Notes: generated from the letters alone by a model not told the origin. A stretch of 63,929 bases of DNA from Candidatus Omnitrophota bacterium (GCA_028716705.1 JAQUPI010000005.1:1-63929), one strand, 5' to 3'; counted from the stretch's first letter, positions 27,184 to 37,802 are shown. Numbers and translations: made by a program.

Positions 27184-28116
27184 ATGAATAAATTAGTCTC
27201 CGTAGTAATACCAACGAGAAACAGAAAGAAAGACACGATCGATTGCCTTGAATCATTATTCCAATCGGATTATTCTCCTTTTGAGGCCATAGTGGTGGAT
27301 AATGCCTCTTCGGACGGTACCGCCGCCGGAGTGAGAGAAAGATTCCCGCAGGTAAAAGTTTTGGAGAACAGCGAAGATCTCTGGGCTTCGGGCGGAAGGA
27401 ACAGGGGGTTGAAGGAGGCAAAAGGCGATTATGTTTTTTTTCTGGATTCGGATAATATCCTGCATAAAAGCTGCCTGAAGGAGCTGGTCAGTTTTATGGA
27501 AACGGACGAAAGGATCGGCATCGCGGGCCCCAAGATGTATTATTACGGGGAGCCTTCGCGTATCTCTTATGCCGGGGCGGATATAAGCCTTTTTACCGGA
27601 AAGACCACTTATTGCGGATTGAACTGTTATGATAACGGAAGATTCAACGCGACCAAGGAAACCGGCCATGTCCCGAACGCCTTTCTGGTGAGCAGGAAAG
27701 CCATAGAAAACGTAAAAGAATTCGATGAGTCGTACGTGATGTTCTTTGAGGAATCTGATTTCGCCATGCGCGCGAAAAAATCCGGTTTTAAGATCTTCTT
27801 TCGCCCTAACGCCATATTATGGCACAAGGTTACCCCTGTGGCATTGGGAATGTTTTCCGGGTTAGGCTTGAGATCCGCTCCCCGGGCGTATTTTACGGCG
27901 CGCAACCGCCTCGTATATATGAAAAGGCACGCCCATTCGATAGCATTCTTATTTTTCCTGGTCATTTTTTCCCCACTTTCCATTCTTGTTTATTCCATAG
28001 ACCTTATCGGCGCACGCAGGATGGATCTGGAAAGCGCGTATTTAAAGGGGAGCGTAGACGGTTTAATTTACGCTTTTACCGGTAAATTACGCAACCGGAG
28101 CGAGTCAACAAGATGA
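27184..28116 (+). CDS. GT2 glycosyltransferase (rhamnosyltransferase-like)
   Basis: Start at MNKLVSVVIPTRN. VVDNASSDGT and FFLDSDN motifs. C-terminal TM segment. Confidence 0.8.
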   Translation: MNKLVSVVIPTRNRKKDTIDCLESLFQSDYSPFEAIVVDNASSDGTAAGVRERFPQVKVLENSEDLWASGGRNRGLKEAKGDYVFFLDSDNILHKSCLKELVSFMETDERIGIAGPKMYYYGEPSRISYAGADISLFTGKTTYCGLNCYDNGRFNATKETGHVPNAFLVSRKAIENVKEFDESYVMFFEESDFAMRAKKSGFKIFFRPNAILWHKVTPVALGMFSGLGLRSAPRAYFTARNRLVYMKRHAHSIAFLFFLVIFSPLSILVYSIDLIGARRMDLESAYLKGSVDGLIYAFTGKLRNRSESTR

Positions 28117-30347
28117 AAAAGGAAAAGATATTATTTATTCTTCCGGCGGTCAAGTCACTTTTCGGGGATAGTTACGCTGCCCCCGGGCATCCGCATGTAG
28201 GAATAGCGTATTTGAGCGCCTTTTTGAAAAGCAGGGGCGTTGAAGTAAGCATATTTGACGCGGGGATAGAAAAAGACATCCGCGCGCTTAGCCCTTTTAT
28301 AAAAGATTTTGAACCTTCGCTTATCGGAGTAACTGTATTCAGCTATTGCCATCATCTGGCAAGAGAGATCATAAAAGAGGTCAGAAAGACTTCGGCTCTG
28401 CCCATAGTTGCCGGCGGCCCGCACATATCCGCGACTAAAACGCAAATGTTGCTGGAAGACGCGGATGTGGATTTTGCCATAAAGGGCGAAGGCGAAGAGA
28501 CGCTCCTGGAGTTGTTTCAAGCGTTAAATAACGGGAAAGATTATTCAAAGATAGATGGATTGATATGGCGGTCAAATGGGCAGGTGGTCGAAAATCATGA
28601 CCGGGATTTTATAGAAGACCTCGATTCTCTACCCTTGCCGGATTACGAGTCTTTCGGATTGGAGAAATATCTGAACACGCGGGAAGAGAAGAAACTCCCT
28701 ATCATTACTTCACGCGGCTGTCCTTACGGATGCAATTTTTGTTCGGTGCATTTATCCATGGGCAGGGGGTTCCGGCCGCGCAGCCCGGAGAATATTTTGA
28801 AAGAATTGGAATATTGGTATGGAAAAGGATTCCGCACTTTTGATTTCAACGACGATTGTTTCAGCCTGGACCTTGAGCGCGCAATGAAAGTCTGCGACCT
28901 GATCATTGGCAGCGGAATGAAGATAACCTACCAGCTGTATAACGGAATACGCGCCGACCGGCTTACTAAGGAGTTTTTGAAAAAAATGAAAGATTCGGGT
29001 TGTAATTTTGTATCCTACGGCTGCGAATCCGGGAACGAGGAGATATTGAAGGCCATAGAAAAAGGCCTGAAGCTGGAACAAGTCCGCAACGCGGTCGAAT
29101 GGAGCAATGAGGCAGGGATCAGGAATTCGGTCAATTTTATCATCGGCCATCCGCACGAAACTTACCGCACGGCAATGGAGACACTTGATTTCGCCAAGTC
29201 CCTGCCCTGTGATTTTGTAAATATTTATAACCTTGTCCCTTATCCGGGGACGGAACTTTACAAGTGGATAAAAGAGAACGGAAGGTTTTTGGTCGATGAG
29301 AAGGTTTATCTGCGCGGGATAGCGTCTTATGACAATGAGCCTATATTCGAAACCAAAGAATTCAGTAAAAAAGAGCGCGTTAAGGTGAATAAAAAGGGCA
29401 GGGCTTTATACGAGCGCCGCATCCTGGAATTCAGGTTAGGAAAACGGCTCGGTTATATTGCCTATCTGCTTATGCGCTTACGGCCTCTGGCAAAATTAGG
29501 CCGGACAATAGCTTTGAGCAATAAGCTGGGGAATAGAATATACGTATTTTTATCCAGAAGCTCAAGAAAGGAAACATCCGGTGATGAGGGAAATAAGTCT
29601 GTCAGGCTTAAGAACGATTGGGAGCACCGTTGGAGCGTCGGTACATTTGAAGCGATATCATCCGAGGTAAAAGCAAATCCTGATACCGCTCAGGGAAGAG
29701 TAAGCATTGAACTTCTTAAGAAATATGGAAAGGGGGCCAGGATCCTGGAAGCCGGATGCGGCTTAGGGGTATGGGTCTTTCTATTCGAAGGGATGGGTTT
29801 TAAGACCTTCGGGGTTGATTTTTCAGAAACAGGCTTGCGGGCGGCTTCGGCTTACGGTAAACAATACGGGATATCTGCGAAGTTAACACGGGCGGATATC
29901 CGGCGCATGCCTTTTCCTGACAACACATTCGACGTGATCGTCAGCTACGGAGTTGTAGAGCATTTCGACGATTCCATAAACGCGGTAAAAGAGATGCTCC
30001 GTGTATTGAAACCGGGCGGGACATGCCTGGTCACTACCCCAAATCCTTTTAATTTCCATCGTCTGATCGGCCGATTTGTCTTAAATGCCACTAAGAGCGC
30101 AAGGCTTGGATATGTAGGTAAAGAAGACGACTATACGCCTAAGGGATTGGCGGCAATGTTTAAGGAAGCGGGATTTAGATCGATAAATTGCGGCATCCTT
30201 GACGAGGGGCTTCTTTTTGGCATGTTCTGGCAGTTCATACCTTTTATCGGCGGGCCTATTTATAACATTTTAAAGAAATTCAGCCTGGTCATAGAACGCA
30301 GCCAAAGACTCGTGGGCACCGGATCATACGCTACGGGAAGTAAATAA
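28113..30347 (+). CDS. Fusion protein: B12-binding radical SAM enzyme (N-terminal ~480 aa) plus class I SAM methyltransferase (C-terminal ~220 aa)
   Basis: 744 aa. B12-like region LIGVTVFS..IVAGGPH. CPYGCNFC (CxxxCxxC). C-terminal motif I ILEAGCGLGVW, FDVIVSYGVVEH, LKPGGTCLVT. Confidence 0.8.
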   Translation: MKKEKILFILPAVKSLFGDSYAAPGHPHVGIAYLSAFLKSRGVEVSIFDAGIEKDIRALSPFIKDFEPSLIGVTVFSYCHHLAREIIKEVRKTSALPIVAGGPHISATKTQMLLEDADVDFAIKGEGEETLLELFQALNNGKDYSKIDGLIWRSNGQVVENHDRDFIEDLDSLPLPDYESFGLEKYLNTREEKKLPIITSRGCPYGCNFCSVHLSMGRGFRPRSPENILKELEYWYGKGFRTFDFNDDCFSLDLERAMKVCDLIIGSGMKITYQLYNGIRADRLTKEFLKKMKDSGCNFVSYGCESGNEEILKAIEKGLKLEQVRNAVEWSNEAGIRNSVNFIIGHPHETYRTAMETLDFAKSLPCDFVNIYNLVPYPGTELYKWIKENGRFLVDEKVYLRGIASYDNEPIFETKEFSKKERVKVNKKGRALYERRILEFRLGKRLGYIAYLLMRLRPLAKLGRTIALSNKLGNRIYVFLSRSSRKETSGDEGNKSVRLKNDWEHRWSVGTFEAISSEVKANPDTAQGRVSIELLKKYGKGARILEAGCGLGVWVFLFEGMGFKTFGVDFSETGLRAASAYGKQYGISAKLTRADIRRMPFPDNTFDVIVSYGVVEHFDDSINAVKEMLRVLKPGGTCLVTTPNPFNFHRLIGRFVLNATKSARLGYVGKEDDYTPKGLAAMFKEAGFRSINCGILDEGLLFGMFWQFIPFIGGPIYNILKKFSLVIERSQRLVGTGSYATGSK

Positions 30348-31507
30348 TGATGAAGACCGTTTTAATGGTTTCGCCTACATATTTGCCGGTGATGGGAGGG
30401 TCAGAGATTTATTCCGCCGACTTATGCAAATATCTATCAGGAAAAGGCCATAGAGTGTATCTTATCGGCTGCACCTTTCCGTTAAAGGGAAAATACAAAA
30501 TGATAGAGAACGGGAAGAACTATCGCATATTCAGGATCCCGTGCCTGAACCGCCGTTTATTAGAAAAGACGGCGAAACATCCTTTGATCTACCCTTTAAT
30601 GGTGATCCCGCCTCTTTTTTTCTTCTCCTTTTTATTTTTACTGATACAGGGAAGAGAAGTGGATGTAATTCACGCGCAGTCAGTAAGCGCCGGCCTGATA
30701 GTCCTTATTTTGTCGGCGATATTCGGAAAGAGGCGCGTGGTGACCACGCACGGAAAATATTTCAGCGAAAACCCTTATCATCTGCAATACAATAAATACG
30801 CCAGGTTTATAGGCAGGGTCTTCGGTAAATTTGACCGGGTTTTAGCCATAAATGAGCAGTCCAGGGAGGAACTGGCGCGTATAGGGGTAAAGGCGGAGAA
30901 TATAAAGGTCGCTCCGCATTGGGTTGACCAGGAAATATTCAAGCCCGAAGATAAAAAAACCAGCAAGGCGGCTTTGGGCTGGGAAGGGAAATTTATCGTG
31001 TTTTACGCGGGGAGGTTTGTGGAAGATAAGGGGATCGAGAACCTGATCTCGGCGGCAAAATCCGCTAAAAATAAAGCCGTCTTCGCTTTTGCCGGGACCG
31101 GCCCCCTGCAAAGAGCTGTCATTGACGCCTCCATAAGCCACGAAAACATCCTGTATTTAGGCGAGATCGATACGCAAAAAATGCCCCTTTATTATAACGC
31201 GGCTGACCTGGTCATTATCGCCTCCCGTCATGCCGGGGATGGGATACCGCGCGTGATCATGGAGACTTTATCCTGCGGGACGCCGGTTATCGGCGCAAAC
31301 CGCGGCGGCATACCGGATGTTCTTACGCCGCAGGTAGGTATGCTTATCGAACCTACGGTAAAAGAAATAAATTCCGCTATCGAGAGGTTATTTGAGGATA
31401 GGGTATTACTTGATAAATTGACCGGTAATTGCAGGAAATACGCCCAGGAAAAATTTTCCATGAAAAATGCGGAGATAGCGGAGGGCAGTTATTATGAAGA
31501 CCATTAA
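30347..31507 (+). CDS. GT4 (GT-B fold) glycosyltransferase
   Basis: 386 aa. C-terminal EX7E-like region GIPRVIMETLSCGTPVIGANRGGIPDV. Confidence 0.8.
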   Translation: MMKTVLMVSPTYLPVMGGSEIYSADLCKYLSGKGHRVYLIGCTFPLKGKYKMIENGKNYRIFRIPCLNRRLLEKTAKHPLIYPLMVIPPLFFFSFLFLLIQGREVDVIHAQSVSAGLIVLILSAIFGKRRVVTTHGKYFSENPYHLQYNKYARFIGRVFGKFDRVLAINEQSREELARIGVKAENIKVAPHWVDQEIFKPEDKKTSKAALGWEGKFIVFYAGRFVEDKGIENLISAAKSAKNKAVFAFAGTGPLQRAVIDASISHENILYLGEIDTQKMPLYYNAADLVIIASRHAGDGIPRVIMETLSCGTPVIGANRGGIPDVLTPQVGMLIEPTVKEINSAIERLFEDRVLLDKLTGNCRKYAQEKFSMKNAEIAEGSYYEDH

Positions 31508-32057
31508 ACTCAATCTTGGCTGCGGACAAAGGCGCATACCCGGTTTTACCGGGGTCGATAATAATCCCAATGCTACAGCGGCGCAGGTTACTCACAATTT
31601 AGAATCTTTTCCTTATCCTTTCGAAGATAATTCCGTGGATGAGATATTGATGGATCACATCCTGGAACATCTAGAGAGCCCAATAAACATCCTTATCGAG
31701 CTTTATCGTATCTGCAAGGATGAAGCTCAGATCACCCTGAAAAGCCCGCATTTCTCCTGCAACTGGCTGCACCCGGGGCATAAGAGCGGCATAAGCACAA
31801 TGTTATTCGGTTACTTTGACCGGTCAACTTCGGATTTCTACGGGGATTGCCGTTTTAAGGTCAACTCCATAAAACTGCGGTGGCTCAGGCCGGGAGGACC
31901 TCATGGAAAGGTTGTCCGCGCCCTGGGAGCGGTTGTCGATCTTTTCGCTAATTTACATCCCGGTTTCTGCCAAAGGGTATGGTGTTACTGGGTAGGCGGT
32001 TTTGAGGAGATAGAATTTGTGGTCACCGTACAAAAGGCTAAAACAAACCAGAAATAA
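31494..32057 (+). CDS. Small class I SAM-dependent methyltransferase (Methyltransf_11-like)
   Basis: 187 aa. LNLGCGQRRIPGFTGVD and VDEILMDHILEHL motifs. Confidence 0.75.
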   Translation: MKTIKLNLGCGQRRIPGFTGVDNNPNATAAQVTHNLESFPYPFEDNSVDEILMDHILEHLESPINILIELYRICKDEAQITLKSPHFSCNWLHPGHKSGISTMLFGYFDRSTSDFYGDCRFKVNSIKLRWLRPGGPHGKVVRALGAVVDLFANLHPGFCQRVWCYWVGGFEEIEFVVTVQKAKTNQK

Positions 32058-32058
32058 A

Positions 32059-33462
32059 ATGTTAAAAGTCCTTATTATAGAAGCGATCTCGAAAGACCCC
32101 TATCACACTGTGTTTTCTCCTTTGGGCCCCGCGTACTTAGCGTCTTACTTGTGTAAATATTCCAAAATAAAAGAGATCGATGTAAAAATGATCTTTTCTG
32201 ACGGTGAATTTGACTTCCGGAGATATAACCCCGACATTGTAGGCATTTCTTCCGTGACCGAAACATTCAATATCGCGAAAAGGATAGCGGCATTCGTTAA
32301 GGGAAATAAGGATATTCCTGTTGTGATCGGGGGAGTGCATATTTCCGCCCTGCCCTCAAACATGAGCTCCGATATGGACGCGGCGGTGATTGGCGAAGGA
32401 GAGCAGACTTTCCTTGAACTGCTTGAAACACATGCCGGAAAAGGCCTGACTAAGGCAAACTTATCGGGTATACAGGGGATAGCTTACAGGGACGATGGAA
32501 GGTTGATCCAGACAAAAGAAAGAGAGCTGATCGCCCCTTTAGATCTAATACCTCCGCCCGCCAGGCAGCTGCAAAAGAAAAATAAAAGGGATATATGGAT
32601 GATCACTTCAAGAGGGTGCCCATACAAATGCATTTTTTGTTCAGCCGCCCAGTTTTGGAAGACCGTCCGTTTCTTTTCCCCGCGGTACGTTGTGAACGAG
32701 ATCAAAAGCCTTATCGAAATGTACCATCCGGAAACCATTAATATCGTGGATGACCTTTTTATCCTTCAGAAGCAGAGGTTCAATGAAATTGTCGATCTGA
32801 TCGTCAAAGAGAAGATAAATGAACGGGTGCGGTTTACCGTGCTTGTCCGGCCAAACCTTATTGATGAGGATATCTGCCTTGGGCTTAAAAGGATGAATGT
32901 CACCCTTGTCGGGTGCGGCTTTGAGAGCGGGTCCGCGAAAGCTTTAAGCGTTATCAAACAGAACCAGACTTTGGAAGATAATGTCAACGCCACCCGTCTT
33001 TTACGAAAGCATGGAATACTCGTGGGGGCTTTTTTTATGATGGGGATACCAGGAGAGACGATCAAGGATATGGAAGAGACGTATCATTTTATCCAGGAAC
33101 AGGAATACAGCCGCGGCGAAAGCTACGTTTTGACCCCTTTCCCCGGGACGCAGGTTTGGGATAGCGCCAAATCCAGAGGCCTGGTGAATGATAATATGAA
33201 CTGGGACCACTTTACTATGGATTTCTACAAGCATCCGAAAGATTCAATTATAGTATCAGAGGTACCCCGGGAAGAACTATTCAAGGAGTATATGAGGATG
33301 CGTAAGATGTGGGAGAGGAAAAAGGCGATGGTTACCTCGCCCGTTGAAGCGCTCAGGACAGCCGGCATTTTATATCTTGTTAAACTTATCAGGCATAATC
33401 CCTATCGGGTCTGGTCTTTTTTTATCGCTTTCTTGCGTGCAAGCTTCACAAGGAGAAAGTAG
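32059..33462 (+). CDS. B12-binding-domain radical SAM protein
   Basis: Start at MLKVLIIEA (the track start 32017 is rejected). DIVGISSVT..VVIGGVH; CPYKCIFC; GCGFESGS. Confidence 0.8.
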   Translation: MLKVLIIEAISKDPYHTVFSPLGPAYLASYLCKYSKIKEIDVKMIFSDGEFDFRRYNPDIVGISSVTETFNIAKRIAAFVKGNKDIPVVIGGVHISALPSNMSSDMDAAVIGEGEQTFLELLETHAGKGLTKANLSGIQGIAYRDDGRLIQTKERELIAPLDLIPPPARQLQKKNKRDIWMITSRGCPYKCIFCSAAQFWKTVRFFSPRYVVNEIKSLIEMYHPETINIVDDLFILQKQRFNEIVDLIVKEKINERVRFTVLVRPNLIDEDICLGLKRMNVTLVGCGFESGSAKALSVIKQNQTLEDNVNATRLLRKHGILVGAFFMMGIPGETIKDMEETYHFIQEQEYSRGESYVLTPFPGTQVWDSAKSRGLVNDNMNWDHFTMDFYKHPKDSIIVSEVPREELFKEYMRMRKMWERKKAMVTSPVEALRTAGILYLVKLIRHNPYRVWSFFIAFLRASFTRRK

Positions 33463-33469
33463 TTAAAAC

Positions 33470-34276
33470 ATGGGCACCGGATGTACGAATGACCTGTTTG
33501 ACGTCAACCTCGCGCATTACGAAAAATTATATTGCGACCCTTTTGAGAGGCGCTCTTTTGAGGTGCGCAGCAAAACCCAGATATTCGATTCCTTGCGGTC
33601 AAAATACTTAAATTCGCCCGCAGGCAAAAAGGCGCTGGATGCGGGTTTTGGCTCCGGAGACATCCTATGTTCGCTATCCAGAAAAGGGGCTGATTGCTGG
33701 GGGACGGAGATCGCGCGTAACGCTATATCTGCGTTGAGCTCGCGTTGTCCAACTTTTAATATCTTAGAATCAAGAATAAGCTCGCTGCCTTTTGAGGATA
33801 ATTTTTTCGATCTTCTCGTTTGCTCCCACGTCCTGGAACACGAAAGCGATGAAAAGGCGGCTATGAAAGAAATGATAAGGGTATTGAAACCGGGCGGGTT
33901 GCTTTTTTTAGGAGTTCCGGGGGCGGCGGTAGGGGAAACAGAGCTGCACGCCCGTCTTTATAAAAAATGCGAACTTTACGGATTTTCCTCCAGTTTTGGA
34001 GTGGATCTGCTCGATTGCCGTGAATACGGTTCCCGTCTTTTTCAGTCAGTATATTATTTCATCAGCGGTATCGCCGCTTCCAATTCCCGGGTAAACTCCG
34101 GCAGTTCCGGAACTGATAAAATCGTAAAATACTCTTTTGTCAGGCGGCTTTACCATTATCTCGTGGTGCCTGCGCTGCTGTTTTTGTACCGGTTGGATTC
34201 AATGGCTGCGGGCAAAGCGCGCCCCATAGAAATATGGGCGGTTTTAAAAAAGAAATATAAGGAAGCTAAAGAATGA
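33470..34276 (+). CDS. Class I SAM-dependent methyltransferase
   Basis: 268 aa. ALDAGFGSGD, FDLLVCSHVLEH and LKPGGLLFLGVP motifs. Confidence 0.8.
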   Translation: MGTGCTNDLFDVNLAHYEKLYCDPFERRSFEVRSKTQIFDSLRSKYLNSPAGKKALDAGFGSGDILCSLSRKGADCWGTEIARNAISALSSRCPTFNILESRISSLPFEDNFFDLLVCSHVLEHESDEKAAMKEMIRVLKPGGLLFLGVPGAAVGETELHARLYKKCELYGFSSSFGVDLLDCREYGSRLFQSVYYFISGIAASNSRVNSGSSGTDKIVKYSFVRRLYHYLVVPALLFLYRLDSMAAGKARPIEIWAVLKKKYKEAKE

Positions 34277-36075
34277 AGAAGGAAATCGCTATTTTTTTAT
34301 CCTTTATTTTACTGATCGCCGCGTTTACCTACCCTTTGGCAACGAATATTAATTCTTATGTCCCCGGGTTTTCTTCCACCGATGAAGTATATGCGCTGAT
34401 AAATTACAGCTGGCTGAATAAATACAGCTGGCAGCACCAATTGCCCCTGAACCGCAGTTTTATGCTCGCTTATCCCTCCGGAATAAATTTATACACTCCC
34501 GGGTTCGTTCCGTTCTTTTGGATCGGCATAATTTATCTTTTGAGCATAGCCACCAGCCCGGCAATAACTTATAATATACAGGTACTTACTAATTTATTCT
34601 TAAGCGCGGCCTTCACTTATTTATTGATCCTGTTCCTTTCCAAAAAAAGATTCAGCGCTTTTTTGGGCTCTTTGATATTTGCTTTTTGCCCGTATCAGTT
34701 TTCCCGGATATGGCAGCATTTAGGGCTGACTTTCAATCAGTGGATACCGTTGTGCCTGCTGGCGGCTTTATTATTAAAATACAGGAAGAGCAAGAAATAC
34801 GCTTTTTTATTCCTCGCAAGCCTGCTGCTGCTTTTTTCTTTTGATTATTCGATCATCTATTTTTCCCTCGTTGGCCTGGCAACCCTTCTTTTTTACTCTA
34901 TTCTTTTCAACTGGAAGAAAAAATTTTCGGAGGGCCGGGGCATGTTCAGGGAAGACCTGCGGTATTTAAAGAAGATCGTTCTTTTGGGTGCCGTTTCTTT
35001 CCTTATCCTTTTGCCGCAAATCATGCCCATAATAAAAAACAGGCTCGGTTTTTCCGTTAAGACGGACCCTTCTCCGTTCAACCTCTTCCACCGCCAGTTT
35101 AACGACCTCTTTTCTCAGGCTGCCAGGCCTTTAAGTTATTTTCTTCCGTCGATATCGCATCCCGTTTTCGGTTCTTTTACGGAGAATTTCATCGGGTCTT
35201 CATTGTACGGAAAAAGCCTCACGGAACACGCCCTTTATTTAGGTTGGACACCGCTTTTTCTGGCCTTTTTTGCTTTGAGATCATGGAGGAAAAGAAGGAA
35301 ATCATGGGGGCCGGAATATCAAGGAACGGAGGAGAATTTTTATATCGGTTTTTCGCTTCTTTTGCTGATTACAGCCTGGTTGTTTTCCCAGCCTCCATGG
35401 TGGAAAATAGGCCCTGTCAAAATATTCATGCCCTCATTTTTCATGTATAAGCTTCTGCCGATGTACCGCGCCTATTGCCGTTTCGGAATTTTAGTTATGC
35501 TGGCGGTAGCGATGCTGGCCGGTTTCGGAAGTAAATTCATCCTAGAAAAGTTAAAAAGGAAGAGGGACCGGATATTGGCGGCGTCTTTATTTACATTCGC
35601 CGTCTTATTCGAATTCTGGAATTGGCCCCCTTACAAGGTCATTGATATATCGGCTGCGCCGTCGGCATATGATTGGCTTAAGGCCCAGCCGGAGGAACTT
35701 GTGGTAGCCGAATATCCGCTTGACGATGATTCTCCGAATGAGATGTATAAATATTATCAGACCAAGCATGAAAAAAAGCTGATCAACGGCAGCACCCCGG
35801 GGACTTACGCTAACCAGGTCGCCAAGACGCTCAAGAAACTGTCCCTCCCCGAGACAGCCGAGAAACTCAAAACTATGGGTGTAAAATACGCCATAGTGCA
35901 CAGGGACGATTACGGCATAACAGGCCTGATCGAGCAGTTGGAAGAGTTGAATAAGATCCCTCTAAACCCCAGGCTAAAATTAGTCACGAGCTTCCCGGAA
36001 GAGGCTTGCCCGAGAAGCGATATCATGTGCGTGCGTAAAAGCGGCCCCATTGATGTTTATGAAATAATCCCTTAA
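34273..36075 (+). CDS. Polytopic membrane protein, GT-C-fold-like glycosyl/oligosaccharyl transferase candidate
   Basis: 600 aa. At least 10 TM segments followed by a ~150-aa soluble C-terminal domain. Acidic motif (STDE) in the first extracytoplasmic loop. The call rests on topology and context only. Confidence 0.45.
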   Translation: MKKEIAIFLSFILLIAAFTYPLATNINSYVPGFSSTDEVYALINYSWLNKYSWQHQLPLNRSFMLAYPSGINLYTPGFVPFFWIGIIYLLSIATSPAITYNIQVLTNLFLSAAFTYLLILFLSKKRFSAFLGSLIFAFCPYQFSRIWQHLGLTFNQWIPLCLLAALLLKYRKSKKYAFLFLASLLLLFSFDYSIIYFSLVGLATLLFYSILFNWKKKFSEGRGMFREDLRYLKKIVLLGAVSFLILLPQIMPIIKNRLGFSVKTDPSPFNLFHRQFNDLFSQAARPLSYFLPSISHPVFGSFTENFIGSSLYGKSLTEHALYLGWTPLFLAFFALRSWRKRRKSWGPEYQGTEENFYIGFSLLLLITAWLFSQPPWWKIGPVKIFMPSFFMYKLLPMYRAYCRFGILVMLAVAMLAGFGSKFILEKLKRKRDRILAASLFTFAVLFEFWNWPPYKVIDISAAPSAYDWLKAQPEELVVAEYPLDDDSPNEMYKYYQTKHEKKLINGSTPGTYANQVAKTLKKLSLPETAEKLKTMGVKYAIVHRDDYGITGLIEQLEELNKIPLNPRLKLVTSFPEEACPRSDIMCVRKSGPIDVYEIIP

Positions 36076-36090
36076 TAAGAAGGAGATAAG

Positions 36091-36804
36091 ATGCAGACAG
36101 TAATTCTATGCGGAGGCAAAGGCACGCGTATGGGCTGCGAAGACCTGCCGAAGCCCCTATTTCCGATAGGCGACAAGCCGATACTCTGGCACATTATGAG
36201 AATATACGCGTTTTATGGATCCAGGGATTTTATACTTTGCCTGGGGTATAAAGGCGGCCAGATCAGGGATTATTTTAAAAAAGTAAGAACCTGGAAAATA
36301 ACTTTCGCCGATACCGGTACAGACACTCACACCGGAGGAAGGATCGCCAGGATCAGGCGGCACATCAAGGATGATAATTTTTTTGCCACATACGGGGACG
36401 GTTTGGCGGATATCAGATTGGATAAATTGCTCGATTTTCACAAAAGCCATAAGAAAATAGCCACAATTTCCGTCGTCAGGCCTAATTCGCCTTTCGGTAT
36501 AGTGGGGGTGCATCCAAAGACCCAGGCAGTGACCCATTTTGAAGAGAAGCCTTTGCTGGACCACTGGATAAACAGCGGATTTTTTGTTTTTAACAAAAAG
36601 ATATTTAATTACATACGCGACACGGATATACTGGAAAAGCAGAGTTTCGGACGCTTGACAGCCGAAAAGAACCTTTGCGCGTACAAACATAAAGGTTTCT
36701 GGGAATGCATGGATACTTATAAGGATAACCTTAGATTAAAGGAGCTTTGGAATTCCGGGGACCCTCCCTGGGCAGTATGGCGAAAAAGGAGAAAAGCCAA
36801 ATGA
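36091..36804 (+). CDS. rfbF: Glucose-1-phosphate cytidylyltransferase
   Basis: 237 aa. VILCGGKGTRM, PKPLFPIGDKPILWHIM and YGDGLAD motifs. Confidence 0.85.
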   Translation: MQTVILCGGKGTRMGCEDLPKPLFPIGDKPILWHIMRIYAFYGSRDFILCLGYKGGQIRDYFKKVRTWKITFADTGTDTHTGGRIARIRRHIKDDNFFATYGDGLADIRLDKLLDFHKSHKKIATISVVRPNSPFGIVGVHPKTQAVTHFEEKPLLDHWINSGFFVFNKKIFNYIRDTDILEKQSFGRLTAEKNLCAYKHKGFWECMDTYKDNLRLKELWNSGDPPWAVWRKRRKAK

Positions 36805-37802
36805 AAGATAATAAATTCTGGGATAATAAAGCGGTCCTGATAACCGGGGCCAACGGTTTTCTGGCCTCGCATTTAACCGCCGCTTTATTACGGAAAAAAG
36901 CCAAAGTCATAGGGGTAATTAAATACAACGTGCCTTCTTTGCTGGATAGCGACGCGATCAAAAGAAGCGCTAAGCTGAAGATCATAAAAGGCGATATCGT
37001 GGATTACCCCTTTGTAAAAAAATGTATGAAGGCCTATAAGCCGCAGTTTTGTTTTCATCTGGCAGCCCAGGCGATCGTTGGAAAAGCAAATAAACGGCCC
37101 ATACCTACCTTTAAAACTAATATACAGGGGACATGGAATTTACTGGAGGCGATCAGGGAAGCCAGCCCTGCTACAAAGATCATAGTCGCCTCAAGCGACA
37201 AGGCATACGGAGAGCATAAAAAACTGCCTTATATGGAGAACGCCGCCCTTCAGGCGCTGCATCCTTACGACGCTTCCAAGGCTTGCGCCGATATCCTTGC
37301 CCGGACATACGCGCACACTTATAATTTATCCGTGGCTGTCAGCCGCTGCGCGAACATATACGGTCCGGGCGACACGAACTTTTCCAGGATCATTCCGGAC
37401 ACAATGCGCTCGGTGCTTCTGGGTAAAGACCCGGTTATACGCAGTGACGGCACGCCGATAAGGGATTATATTTATATAGAAGATGTAGTCGAGGCTTATC
37501 TGGCCCTGGCAAAAGCGCTTTATTTAAGCCGGCCGGGAGTCAACGGAGAGCCGTTCAACTTCGGCACGGGAAGGCCGATCAGCGTGCTAAGGCTGGTAAA
37601 GATGATGATAAAGATCTCCGGAAACAGGAAATTAAAGCCGAGAATCCTCAGTAAAACCAAGATAAAGGGTGAAATAGACAGGCAGTACCTTTCCAGCGGT
37701 AAGGCGGTCAGCCTCCTGAAGTGGAGGGCAAGGCATGGCATTGCTGAAGGCTTGAAAAAAACGTTTGTTTGGCATAAGGAGCGTTGCCGTAAATGGGCGT
37801 AA
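36801..37802 (+). CDS. rfbG: CDP-glucose 4,6-dehydratase
   Basis: Start at MKDNKFWDNKAVLITGANGFLASHL (ATGA overlap with rfbF). SSDKAYG and YDASK motifs. Confidence 0.8.
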   Translation: MKDNKFWDNKAVLITGANGFLASHLTAALLRKKAKVIGVIKYNVPSLLDSDAIKRSAKLKIIKGDIVDYPFVKKCMKAYKPQFCFHLAAQAIVGKANKRPIPTFKTNIQGTWNLLEAIREASPATKIIVASSDKAYGEHKKLPYMENAALQALHPYDASKACADILARTYAHTYNLSVAVSRCANIYGPGDTNFSRIIPDTMRSVLLGKDPVIRSDGTPIRDYIYIEDVVEAYLALAKALYLSRPGVNGEPFNFGTGRPISVLRLVKMMIKISGNRKLKPRILSKTKIKGEIDRQYLSSGKAVSLLKWRARHGIAEGLKKTFVWHKERCRKWA

